Origin: Phoronis australis
Lineage: Eukaryota > Animalia > Phoronida
Length of the DNA stretch: 64,000 nucleotides
Direction of reading: 5' to 3'
Assembly (NCBI GenBank): GCA_002633005.1
Contig: NMRA01000136.1
Location: 423,657 to 487,656 of the forward strand
Program-made: the position numbers and the translations under genes
The notes under the pieces: generated by a model
The model's input: the letters and a program-made list of their open reading frames with translations, nothing else
The model's database searches: none
What the model was told of the DNA's origin: nothing
Shown here: piece after piece, positions 39,610 to 50,657 of the stretch
How positions within the stretch are numbered: position 1 is the first letter of the stretch
Layout of the letters: every line of letters begins with the position of its first letter

Positions 39610-41664
39610 ACTATTCAAATTAAGTGCTTTTCTAGAGGAAATGGTCAGTAGGACGTCAATTCGGGGACGTCAAGCAACGGACGCTGAAGTTCAAGCCTCA
39701 TTTTCATTCACCGGGCCTGCGCCAATGCAGCCGGAAACTGGTCATGACCTACGAACCCAGAAGCAAAAGACAGGACGCTTCTCGAATAACGGGCACACAT
39801 TAGAGCTATATGTCAAAGTAATCACAAGCATTGCCTCGTAGATAACTGATGATGTCTGCAATCAATATGCATTTCTAAGTTTCACAAAATCGCTAAATAT
39901 CCTAGTGACTACCTCGTTGACACTATACGCATTCAGCCTTCGGTTAACGTTTGTTTAAGTCCGTTATCTAATAAGCCCCGATCCGCCACAACGATCCTCC
40001 GTTAATAATGCCGCTTACAATGACTAATTAATGTTAAACTAGACGTGATTACGTTATTAGGCCACACGCTGGACATTGTTTAGATTGCGCGCTAGATTTG
40101 TTTCAAGCATTCTTTGAATGATAAAACAGCCAATTTGCTCTATCATGCGGGTTCGTAAGAAGATGAGACGATTCAGTTACAGCCACTTCATCGCTAACTT
40201 CTGTTTATTACTTCATTGAACGCGTGTCCAAATTCACCGGGAATAAAATGCAATAACTTTACGTAAACATGGTACCATGAAAAAGACGACGGTTGTGTGC
40301 AACTTGGACGTACGCTTTCATTATCGTGCAATCAGATAAAAAGTTCTCAATAGTGAATAGTCATTGTTTTGTTTTCCACAACATCCGGTTGGGATTGTTT
40401 TCGAGATAAATGATTGCAGGGTACCACAGCTTACCTTTATTTTGACAAACTGTGTCGAACCACCATAAATGCAAAACAGATGAAAAAGTATCATGGTAAT
40501 CTCAAGTGGGAATTTTAAGGAGTCTTGAGAACGTGTTTTAGAAAATTTTGTCTCGAAACTGAATTCTGTTTTCTCAATTCAATAAAGGCCCATTACAAAT
40601 GATAGGTTTGAGAAGAGACACAAATTTGCCCTGCTTATCAAGGTCTTGTCAATCTTCTACTAGATGAACATATAACTTGCCAGGTACAAATCGCCATATC
40701 GTGCAGGTTCAGTAGCTTTTATCATTTCTTTAGAAAAACAGGAAGATTAGAAGACTTTACTCACGAGAAACCCCATACTGAGAGATTCTCTTGAATCCCT
40801 ACCAGGTGATAAGCGCAATGGATCCATCTATGTAGCCTAAGCACGCCTGATGCACCGCACAAGGCACCATACCACCTGCTTTTTTAGTTCTCCATCAGGT
40901 CGGATTTGTTTTATCAAAAATCAAAGGTATTAGCTCTGAACAACTGAAAGGTCACAAATTTTCTTATACGTCGAATATTTTCTGAAGATAATTTTCATTT
41001 AGAATTATGTAAAACACGTAAACAGCCTTTACATTTGTTGCTGCTCACTTGTTTTGCATTTAAATAAACAATTGCACACTTCTGAATCTTGAGTAGTAGG
41101 TCTATACGCCCATGAGCACTGCCCCGGAAATTGCGTGACTTGTTACCCAAAAACAAGATTTGCTATAATTTGTCAAGACTCTAAATCTATATATTACGAG
41201 TGGTAACTTTCAAACAGCTCGTTGGTTTACCAAACTTGCATGTTGCAAAGGTGTAAAAATTCTGTGAAAGACTTGGTTTAATTGAAAGTGAGATAATATG
41301 AAATGTAGGTTATAGCTTGCATTTACTCTATGCTAATTGTAGGCTACAGCTCGACATCCACTGCCAGCTATCTAAACCGATATAAATGTGTAGGCAGTTT
41401 AATGAAATAACATACAATGATAAAGCGACTGTTTTTCGTCTTGTCAACGTGACCCTGCTAAGCTCTAATTATGATCCAGGGTAATATTTTATTGCGCTAA
41501 CATTTCAACCGGTGCATTTATAGTTCACGGTAACAAATTTTCTGTTGTCGTACGCTTAATAAATTAGACTATTTGTCATTAGTTTAGTCATTCAAAAATT
41601 ACTAGATAGATGAGGAAGACGAGAGTGCTGATTCTATCGCTGGCAGTGATTATAGTTATTCATG

Positions 41665-41666
41665 AT

Positions 41667-41701
<35 letters not shown>
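41665..41701. repeat. (GAC)n trinucleotide microsatellite upstream of repo
   Basis: Run of GAC units with one GGC interruption. Confidence 0.9.
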
Positions 41702-42111
41702 TTACCTTGAAACGAAGAAATTTCGAATAATATTATTGAACCATCTTCGCGAGTGGTCGTAATTGCTGAATCAACTTCACTAACGACGAGACCGCTAACT
41801 GTTTTATTTTGTACGGTGTTAACTACCAACGATACACCAAGATATTAGCTTGATTAGTGGCGAGCAGTTCTCCATAAACTCTGGAAAAAGGGGCTAAACT
41901 AACCACGCTTAGAAGGGCAAGGAGGCGGTCTTTTGTGCTGTCATCAACCAATGAAATTCCAGGGCAAACTTGTTGCCGGTCAGGCACATGCGCAAACAGA
42001 ACCCGAGATGATTTTAATCAATTACTTTAACGTCACGTGCCATCAAAGATCTAATTGTTTTAATGACAATGTTATTATTTCTAAATTAGAAGCAAATTAT
42101 CCTCACATTGG

Positions 42112-42119
42112 TATAAATA
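42112..42119 (+). promoter_or_regulatory. TATA box candidate for the repo-like gene
   Basis: TATAAATA about 75 nt upstream of the ATG at 42189. A CACGTG E-box (about 42034) and TAATCAATTA (42015-42024) lie just upstream. Confidence 0.55.
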
Positions 42120-42188
42120 AGATTCACCGGCGTGTCTCGCAACAATTTTGTTGGTGTCTCGTGACAGCGACCGAACGTATTCGACAGA

Positions 42189-42294
42189 ATGTCAACGGTA
42201 ACAAAAGAAATGTTCAGGCCTACGTATCATACCATTGACGAAATTTTGAGAAAGAGGGAATTGGTTTCAACAACTGAAAGGAATACTACTCCGG
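42189..42294 (+). CDS. repo: repo-like PRD-class homeobox gene, exon 1 (eh1/octapeptide motif)
   Basis: Not in the ORF track. MSTVTKEMFRPTYHTIDEILRKRELVSTTERNTTP then G|GTAAGT. HTIDEIL is an eh1/octapeptide-type motif. Phase 1 matches the acceptor at 48010 (G+AC = Asp). Confidence 0.78.
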
Positions 42295-44936
42295 GTAAGT
42301 TCTGTTTAAAACAAAGTTAACCCACTCCCATTGCATATTAGGCGCTATCAGGTCAGACCAATTATTTAGACCACCGCGTAATTCGTTGATTGACTACCAA
42401 AGCAAGAGTATTGTATTTTTGGCGTGTACAAATATGAAGCCAACTGGTGAGAGCCGCTTACAACTAAGCTATACAGAATGCTAACACATTTCAGTGATTC
42501 GCACAGCAATCTCTTAAAAACAACATTCATTCATTCATAAATTATAATTTTAACAGATGCAACTCAAAATACAGCCAATCACTGCAAAATCCATTTCAAA
42601 TTTAACCACTAAACATTTCTAGGTATCAGTTTTTAAGATGTCCTATCCCATTCACTAAATAGACAGAGATATCACTTACTAACTCGGCACCTACCAAATC
42701 TTTGAAGAAATACTACTTCATTTACGGTCTTGTGCGTTCAATAACACTTAGAAATAAAATTTCCACACGAAGTTTTATTTACTCTGTTTACAATCAGCGC
42801 AATTCGATTTTGTATTGCGATTGTAGCTTCATGAATGACTGACCATTTGTGTCATCCGCGCGTTGCCCTTCTCTCTTGGTAGTGGACACATTTCTCGTTT
42901 TGTTTATTCACTATCCGCGAATTTCCATCAAAATAATTGCAATATAATTTTTTCGCATTGTACAGAGAATTGGACCCGGTTGGATAGGTCTCTCACTTTC
43001 ATGGTTCACGGGGCTGTTCAAGTTGTTTATGTATTTTTTTATTTTCTTATTTCTATACCATACTCCCGCTCCATAGGCTTTTCTTTCACGTTTCTTGTTT
43101 GTGATTTATTTTTATCTGTAATGCTGTTAATACTATTATTATTATTACTGTATTAATTCGATTATCAATATTCCTACTATACGGTTACTACAACGATAAC
43201 ATGTAAATAATAATGACTATGATGAGGCAGGTGATGATAATAATAAGAATAATATTTCTGCTATTGCTGTTATTATATGTAAACGCCGACTAACAGAGGC
43301 TCGTTACTCGGTTGTAAATGAGATAGTGGATTCCAGTTTTAGCACCTCCGCTTAGAATGTCCGGAATCGGCCAAATGAAAACCCCACGTTTTACGATTTT
43401 AAAGACAATAATGTCAACTTAGATGTGGGGCTGAAATGGGTGGCAACCTGGGGGCTCTTTGAAACTAATAAGGGGTCCAAACGCAAAATAAATGTCGACC
43501 GTGGGCAGAGTTTTTTTGCAATGAATACGATGTGCCATGACCCCATTGCGTCTTCGCGTAGCTACGCCATTGCTGGTGACAAGTCTCATCCTAATTTATT
43601 TTAAGCAAACTGGCGTAACTTAGTGCGTTATAGCTGAGAGAAAGAACGCCTCAAAGGTTGCGTCAGATTAAACTATATGCTGAAAACGGAACAAGTCAAG
43701 CCCAGAGGAAGAACTGTGATAATAAGGATGATAATTTATAATAATTTGCAATGTTTGATTAATATCATGAATTGCATTAAAATTGCAAAGCCTGGTGGAC
43801 TTGTAAATATGATTACTGGGAAAACACAAAAAGTTTACTAAAAGTGCGAAAACTTGTAGTAGAAGAACGAGAAGCTAAAGAATTACTGAGCACAAATAAA
43901 AACAACAACAACACGAAAAATGTTTTATTTTAATTTTTTACACTTACAATAAATCCCCACAACGGTTGTATTTCCACTGAGTCTACATAGCTACTTTCGT
44001 ACGTATGTGTGCACAGTGACTGATACAGAACAAGCACGACATTCACATAATCTCGCAACACCATTTCTTAATTTTAACTATTTTATGGTTACAAAATGTA
44101 ATAGTTATTTTCTATACTAAAATTCAAAAAAATCGGCGAAAGCATTAAAATACGAATTGTAAAATGTGACCGTTGTTCAGGTCAAAAGCATGTATATGAA
44201 AACACAATTCAAAATAATGTAACAATGCAATAGTTGAAGTGACAAAACGAACCGACTCAGAATAATGACAAAAACTAAGAAACTGTCTATACAATTGCTT
44301 CGTTTGAAGTGCCAAACGGTTATAATTAATGTTTATTCTGCGTAGTTCAATCATAGATGGTAGCTTGTTAATAGCAAGATAACAAAACGTAAATTACTCT
44401 AACAAATTTAATAACGGGATCCATGTAATGGAAAACCTATGAAATTATAGTAATTAGACGGATGCCAAGCCGGGACGAAACTGGTTGGAAATTGACCAAT
44501 TATCTTTCGATATATCTATTAATGTGACTCTATTTGTCTGTGCGCAACATTATCATATTTCAATTTATCGCTTCTAATTCTGACCAATTTGCTTAATTAC
44601 ACCGGAGTGCGCTGGAGAGTCTGGTGCTCCGTGTCGCAGCAAGTGTTCACGCGAGCGCGTACAAAATGGTGGCGATGAAATGCAATGTGAGGAAAACATA
44701 ATTTCTTAATAATTAGAAAGCCATCAATATGTTTTATTGATATTGTTTATGACGCTTCATCAGAGTGCTAATAACCATTGTTTTAGCCCATAGAACAACG
44801 TACGTCAATTCATAAAAGAACAACAGCGAAAAATATTAAATTAATGAGCACATTTTTTCGGCAAGGTTCTCAAATAATTTGAGCTTTTTTAATAGGTTTA
44901 TTTTATCTACAGGATAAACAATGAACTTTTTATCCT

Positions 44937-45973
44937 TCACTCAATTTTTTCAAAATAATTTTCTGTCTTGCATTTCGCGTGTTTTCTTGAAGTCATATCT
45001 GTCCAGATTGTGCTGCGCTGATCAGCACTGAGATAGTGCACAGAAATATAACTGAAGCGAAACCTGCAGTAATCATAATCTGCTATTGGACAAAATCTGC
45101 TGCTATGCAGTGGTTCCACCTTGAGGCGACGTGACAAAATACCAACAAAAACGTCTTCGAACGGAAACAACGATTCGCGCTTTGCTTGTAGAAACATTCT
45201 CCCAGCTAGCTTCGTGGATACGATGTAGCAAGGCCCTTTCGCATATGGAGGGAAAAAGTCTTCCCCGTATTCCTTAATGCTTACAAACCATTTATGCAGA
45301 CGATTTCTTATTGGCCGCGTCTTTGCTGTTACTTGTCCCGTGTACAGACTATTTGCTTTATTACGTTGAACTGACATTAAATACGAAATTAAATTTCGAT
45401 AATTAACTAACATATCGTCATCTGTTTTAACTAAAAATCCAGAGGAAGCGCAATTCTGCGACACCCACTTGAAAGCTGATAGCGTTTTCAGCGTTAGGTT
45501 ATAGTAGCTATCTTGAAAGTCTCCCTGAACCAAGTCTCCGTATTTCTGACTCTCGGAATCAATTTTTCTTTGTAAAGAAACGTTTTTTGTGAGCGCAGTT
45601 ATAAACAACGTCAAAATTCTTTGAGAGAGCACGCGTTTGATACTACCCCATGTTCTCCGGTATTGTTCTCTTGCAAGGAAATTACCGGGGGCGCTGGTAA
45701 CCATGACAACCACCTGAGGTTTCGAGTGGTCACACGCGTGTTGATTTCTAAGACGGAACCCCAATTTTTCCACGTCGAATGGATAATAATTGTACCACTT
45801 TCTCGTCCTATCCGAGACATCGTCCAAGCGATATGTAGCAATTATACTGTCATCTTCGTAATCTTCATCATGAAAGTCGTAATCAGAGGATGTTCTATAT
45901 CTTTTTGTTGGTTTATTCATACTGAAAGACAAGTTTGCAGTTGTATAGGCTATGTATGATGAAACGTTGATGT
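44937..45973 (-). CDS. GT31 beta-1,3-galactosyltransferase/brainiac-like glycosyltransferase, catalytic exon nested antisense in repo intron 1
   Basis: 331-aa open frame with the GT31 motifs RRTWG, DLVQGDFQDSYYNLTLKT, KTDDD (DxD), PPYAKGPCY and EDVFVG. The frame stays open up to a TTTTAG acceptor ending at 45974. No N-terminal TM anchor in this exon. Confidence 0.9.
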
Positions 45974-47625
45974 CTAAAACACTGTTTCAATTATCACAAA
46001 AACCGACCTGGCTTAAGGTTGTGTAGATAAAAAAATGTCCAAAATAGATTGAACAAGTGGCTGACTGGATTCATATGTAATTTTCAGATATTACACTTTA
46101 TGCGTTGTTCTTCAAAACGGTGTGAGGAATTGTTTTAAAATGTTCCACTTTTGCATGAGAAGCTTTCAAAAATATGACATTTATGATTTTCATGAAAAAA
46201 AATAAAGTTGCATGAAACAAAAACTAAATGATATATTATGAAAAGTGTGACAACGTTTTCGAAATCTCACCTTGAACATTACGTAAAAAATAATCGTGTT
46301 ATTGATACTGTTGAATTGCAATCAATGTACCTTTCCTTTTTTGATAAATTTTACTAAAACCTAGTAACGTGACCCATCTAATAATATATTGATAAAAAGT
46401 TCACAGTCAGATTCTGCAGGCTTTCTACCTTCAGTAAATATATAAGTTTTGTGAGTTAAATCTATAGTTTTGTAGATATTTGACTAAGTACGCAGAGATG
46501 CTGATAAGGTCCTACTTAACCTTATACAAACTTGGCATTATGCACAGACTTTGCTGTAAAATCCAAGTAAGTGTCGTGTCTGTTTTTTGTCAATAAATAT
46601 ATATGACACTGATTATAATGCCTAAAACGATCCCACAAAATGATAGCAAAGTATTTTTTCAAAAGAGTATTCCAGTTATATAATGCTAGCTATCCAAATA
46701 TTTTGTGCTCGATTCGCAATCACACCGTGATTTCGTACTCCCCGGGGTAGGTAGACTAGTCAACAGACCAACAATCTAGAAAGCTGACTGTTAAGTCGGC
46801 AGCGGTTCCATATGAAAATTTGTCACAATCTCAAATATAACGAGAATAAAAAATACAGATTGATACACATTACAATGGTTAGTAAACTAATGTTTGATTA
46901 GCAACCGCGCAGACGTTACCTCACATGAGATTCTGTGTTTCGGTTTACGAGTGAAGACTGCCTGTCATGACGGAACTCTGCGGGACGAAATATCCTTACA
47001 CAGGTGAATGCAGCAATTATAAAACTAACTCCAAGTATCACAGTTTTCCTTAAACGAGACATTGTTGTAGAAGTCACCGCTTAGGACATTATTCTAACCG
47101 ATAAGTTCTGTTGAAATACATTATTTCGCAGTTCCGTAGGTATTAGACTATGTCGTCTTGCAAACCACTCATAACGAAGTCCGGACCCACGTTAAATTAG
47201 TGAATAAACATATCGTCTACTACGTCGTGTGTACGCAACAGATGTTATGGTTATATTAGGAGTTCGAGATATGACGGCGGAAAAGGTTTATCTTTCAGAA
47301 ACCCAAGTTGGATGCACCTCAAACCTAAGGGAGATCCTGCTTTAGATTTAACTTGGGTGACTTTCTGATCCACCTTGTCCCTGAAGTTGTAGTCGCCTAT
47401 GTCGCTAAGTGTTCGGTCTGGCACATTGGCACATTTTTAATTTTGAGTATAACGATGAGCTTTTTCTTTTAGTTCACGTTTTACCGAAGTCACGTGTTAG
47501 ATAATTAAAACTCAAAGTATAATGACTTCATAAGGGTGTTTTCCCCTCACATGTACTCCATTTATTTACTTATACCGAGAAAGGAATTAAATACTGCATA
47601 TCCTATGTTTGTTGTTACATATAAA

Positions 47626-47791
47626 CAGTGCTGTAGTGGTAAAATTAGAGGTAAGTAGGCGCCCAAAGTCTACCGTATCACTTTGAGCACTGAACGTTAC
47701 TTACGATACGTAGGCGCTACGTTCAAATGCCAAAAGATGGCTTGCTGCGCCTACGTGCGCCTACGTGCGCCTACGCTTCACTACAGCACTG
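47626..47791. mobile_element. hAT-type MITE
   Basis: Perfect 13-bp TIR CAGTGCTGTAGTG / CACTACAGCACTG and perfect 8-bp TSD CATATAAA (47618-47625, 47792-47799). Subterminal GCGCCTAC repeats. Confidence 0.9.
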
Positions 47792-48009
47792 CATATAAAA
47801 TGAGGGTGACCTCTTCAGTAAGAACACTGGTTTCTATTAGGGTTTCTGTGTTATTATTATATCGTTCAAATCACCGGTAGTGCTATCATTAGGAAAAACT
47901 AACATTCGCGTGAAGAGTTGGCACGGGATCTCTTAATTTCTCTCGGACATCATCCTATGTACAAGTAAGTCCGAGTTGTCAATAATAACCTCGGATTTTT
48001 CATTTCCAG

Positions 48010-48073
48010 ACGAAAAATCCCCATCTCCAAGTACAGCCAACTCAGAGACCAAGAAGAAAAAAACTAGATACAG
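48010..48073 (+). CDS. repo: repo-like homeobox exon 2
   Basis: TTTCCAG/GTAGGA, 64 nt, phase 1/2. EKSPSPSTANSETKKKKTRYR is the homeodomain N-terminal arm. Confidence 0.9.
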
Positions 48074-48397
48074 GTAGGACACGGTGTTGCCTGGACACAT
48101 TTCTGCGAGAGAGGCGCATTGAACGTCTTGTTCAAAGCGCCACGAAACGGTTCTAGTAACTTTTATAATTACGTGTTTTTTTTCCTGTCGATTGATAAAC
48201 GATGTTCATCATTAGACTTCAACGCATCAGATGATTACCCGCACTTCAACATTTCAGTGCTGATTAAAATCGAGATCAGCCCAATTGAATCCTATTCTGT
48301 GGATATATTAAGAAGGAAAGCCTGAGGATTGAATGTAATTTTGGAAATAATTCAATAGATAACTTTAACACGAATGCAAAAAACATTTTCGTTTCAG

Positions 48398-48521
48398 AAC
48401 TACCTTTACCGCGTTCCAGTTGGAGGAAATGGAAAAGGCTTTCAAACAAAACCCTTATCCTGACGTATTTATACGTGACGAGCTAGCTATGAGAATAGGA
48501 CTGAGCGAGTCGCGGGTTCAG
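48398..48521 (+). CDS. repo: repo-like homeobox exon 3 (helices 1-2, start of helix 3)
   Basis: TTTCAG/GTAACA, 124 nt. [41 protein letters not shown]; PYPDVF and LSESRVQ are repo-like. Ends at the canonical PRD-class VQ|VWF intron. Confidence 0.95.
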
Positions 48522-48696
48522 GTAACATTAATGATCTTAACCAGAAGAGCAGGGTTGTTCTTGGATAAATACTTTTAAATTCATGTAAGCTTTCAACTTT
48601 GAAACTTTGCGGATATTTCACATGATTGCTTGCCATGTGCACCGGCAATGAAAGTTGAGAGCAGTGTTGTCATTAACTATTTGGAATTTACTTTAG

Positions 48697-49080
48697 GTTT
48701 GGTTTCAAAACAGACGAGCAAAATGGCGTAAGCGAGAAACACCGAGAAAAACCATGGGTCTCCAGAGTTCTACAATGTCAGCGCTTCCGTACATGCCAAC
48801 TGCCAGCAGTCTTCACATGGACAGGTGGTCACTACTGACGTCACAGTATGACACACGTCTGCCACTGACTCCGCCCAGTTACCTTACCCCATCATACTTC
48901 ACGTCGCCATTTACCTCGTATCCGCCGATGACGTCACAGAGTTTGATGACAGACGCAATGTTTACAAATGGCGTCCGGGCCAATGTGCCGGAAATGGACT
49001 CGATTCTGCAGAACACTTCTTTAGAAATGGCTTTGAACACGGAGTCAAACGAACATTGTTTAACCAGCAAATCACAGTAA
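48697..49080 (+). CDS. repo: repo-like homeobox exon 4 (helix 3, Q50, S/T/P-rich C-terminus)
   Basis: TTTAG acceptor. VWFQNRRAKWRKRETPRKT; Drosophila Repo has ...WRKHEPPRK after the homeodomain. Stop TAA at 49078-49080, total 225 aa, AATAAA at 49273. Confidence 0.92.
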   Translation, partial: VWFQNRRAKWRKRETPRKTMGLQSSTMSALPYMPTASSLHMDRWSLLTSQYDTRLPLTPPSYLTPSYFTSPFTSYPPMTSQSLMTDAMFTNGVRANVPEMDSILQNTSLEMALNTESNEHCLTSKSQ

Positions 49081-49949
49081 CAACAGGTGCCCTAATAGAG
49101 ATGGATTGATACAAACTGATTTCAAAAAGGTGCCTTGTAAATATTGGGACTGTAAATGAGATAAATAGTATTATTAATTTATTTAAGGAAACAGTTTCAT
49201 ATTTCTTAGAGGTTCATTGTTGCCCAAGGCGGTCACAACGGCTGTACAAGCCGTATATGATAATTTAGTGTAAATAAACGCAAGGTTAATTTATAAAACA
49301 TTTGTTAATAACTTTATGCCGAATTTAATAAACTCCGTTTTGGCCTATTAACAAATACTAAAAACGACTTTCTCATCCAGTTCTCTGAAACAAAATAATG
49401 CTCAGTGACCCTAGCAAAGGAAATTGCAAGAATTGTGTTAACATGTTTGACATGGTTAACTCTCAAGAAGTTAATCGATTCGTGGAACACTGACTCAATT
49501 TGACCCATCTAGTTTCGAGGAGTGTCTCGTACTGTTCGCCGATCTCGATGCTGACATTTATGGATTGTTAAAACTGGTACGACTGGGCTGGGGGATGAAA
49601 ACTGAAGTGAGTGAGCGGCAGCTTTAAAACTGTGGCGACCTTGTTGGGCGAACTCAAATTACCAGGGGCCCAAAAGCCTCAATTACCTTACAGCCCTGAG
49701 AAACCTCAACCCAGTTGTGGGTACGCCTATCATACATGTAACTTTTGCACCAAAACATTCTGCTGAAGTCCAAAAGAATTGAAAACTGTTTTCCAAAATA
49801 TCATGTAAATCACAACCAAAATAGAGAATATTCCATCACGGGTATTTACCCTGCTACAACAGGTCTGCATTTCTTTGTCAAATTTCAAAATACACCAGTT
49901 TATTTGCAATTATTCATATCAAAATTTTCGGCCCTAAAGCGCCATAACA

Positions 49950-50657
49950 TCAAATAGGATTTCCAAACCAGGTTTCCTCTAGAAACATCCCGCTGTCAAT
50001 CCTGTTGGACGCCGTATGACCGGAAATGGCTGACGAGGGAACGAAGATTCTTGTAAATGGACCGTGGCGAAGTTTATTTATCATATTCTTCTCGAGAATT
50101 TTTAGTTCCCGTTTTTTGTCCTCTGCACAGACTTTTTCGGTCTCCTCTACCTTCGTCAAGTGTGTTCTAACCAAACTTATTGCCTGGAACGTACAGTGAC
50201 GGTAGAATTTGTCCAATGTCCTCCGCCACTCCTCTAAGTCTTTCGCGTTTTCGGTGACTTCAGAAAAGTTGGCGGTGTCCCTAAAGCTGTGTCCTAGTAA
50301 ACATTTGGCCACTTTGTCCGTGGCAAGAGTCGCTGAATCTTCCACCTGGGTAGTGAACCGATCTATCGAAGGTACGTTTGACTGCATTGCACTTGTCATA
50401 TTCTCGTATACAGCGTCTTGATATGAGCTAATTTGACAGAGAAGTTCTCGCATCCGCGTGAGGACGTGAGAGGTTGAATTATTGATTAATTTCACGTGTT
50501 CCGTTCTGTTAGAATAGGAGCTTATCTTTTGACGACAATTGGACTCCATCAAGGACGCCTTGGTGATACTGTTGTCGACCAAATAGTCAATAGCTTCATC
50601 TAACTCTCGTTCACATATCTGCGTGGCACTATCGAGAGAACAAATATGTGCCTTCAA
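49950..50657 (-). CDS. Uncharacterised alpha-helical/coiled-coil ORF, possibly the coiled-coil region of a TRIM/B-box-type gene; likely a terminal exon
   Basis: 235 stop-free codons in AT-rich DNA, no true ATG start, helical charged composition. Candidate upstream exons end at a GTAGGA donor (51074) and start at a T-rich TAG acceptor (about 50920). Confidence 0.45.
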   Translation of the reverse strand: MKAHICSLDSATQICERELDEAIDYLVDNSITKASLMESNCRQKISSYSNRTEHVKLINNSTSHVLTRMRELLCQISSYQDAVYENMTSAMQSNVPSIDRFTTQVEDSATLATDKVAKCLLGHSFRDTANFSEVTENAKDLEEWRRTLDKFYRHCTFQAISLVRTHLTKVEETEKVCAEDKKRELKILEKNMINKLRHGPFTRIFVPSSAISGHTASNRIDSGMFLEETWFGNPI

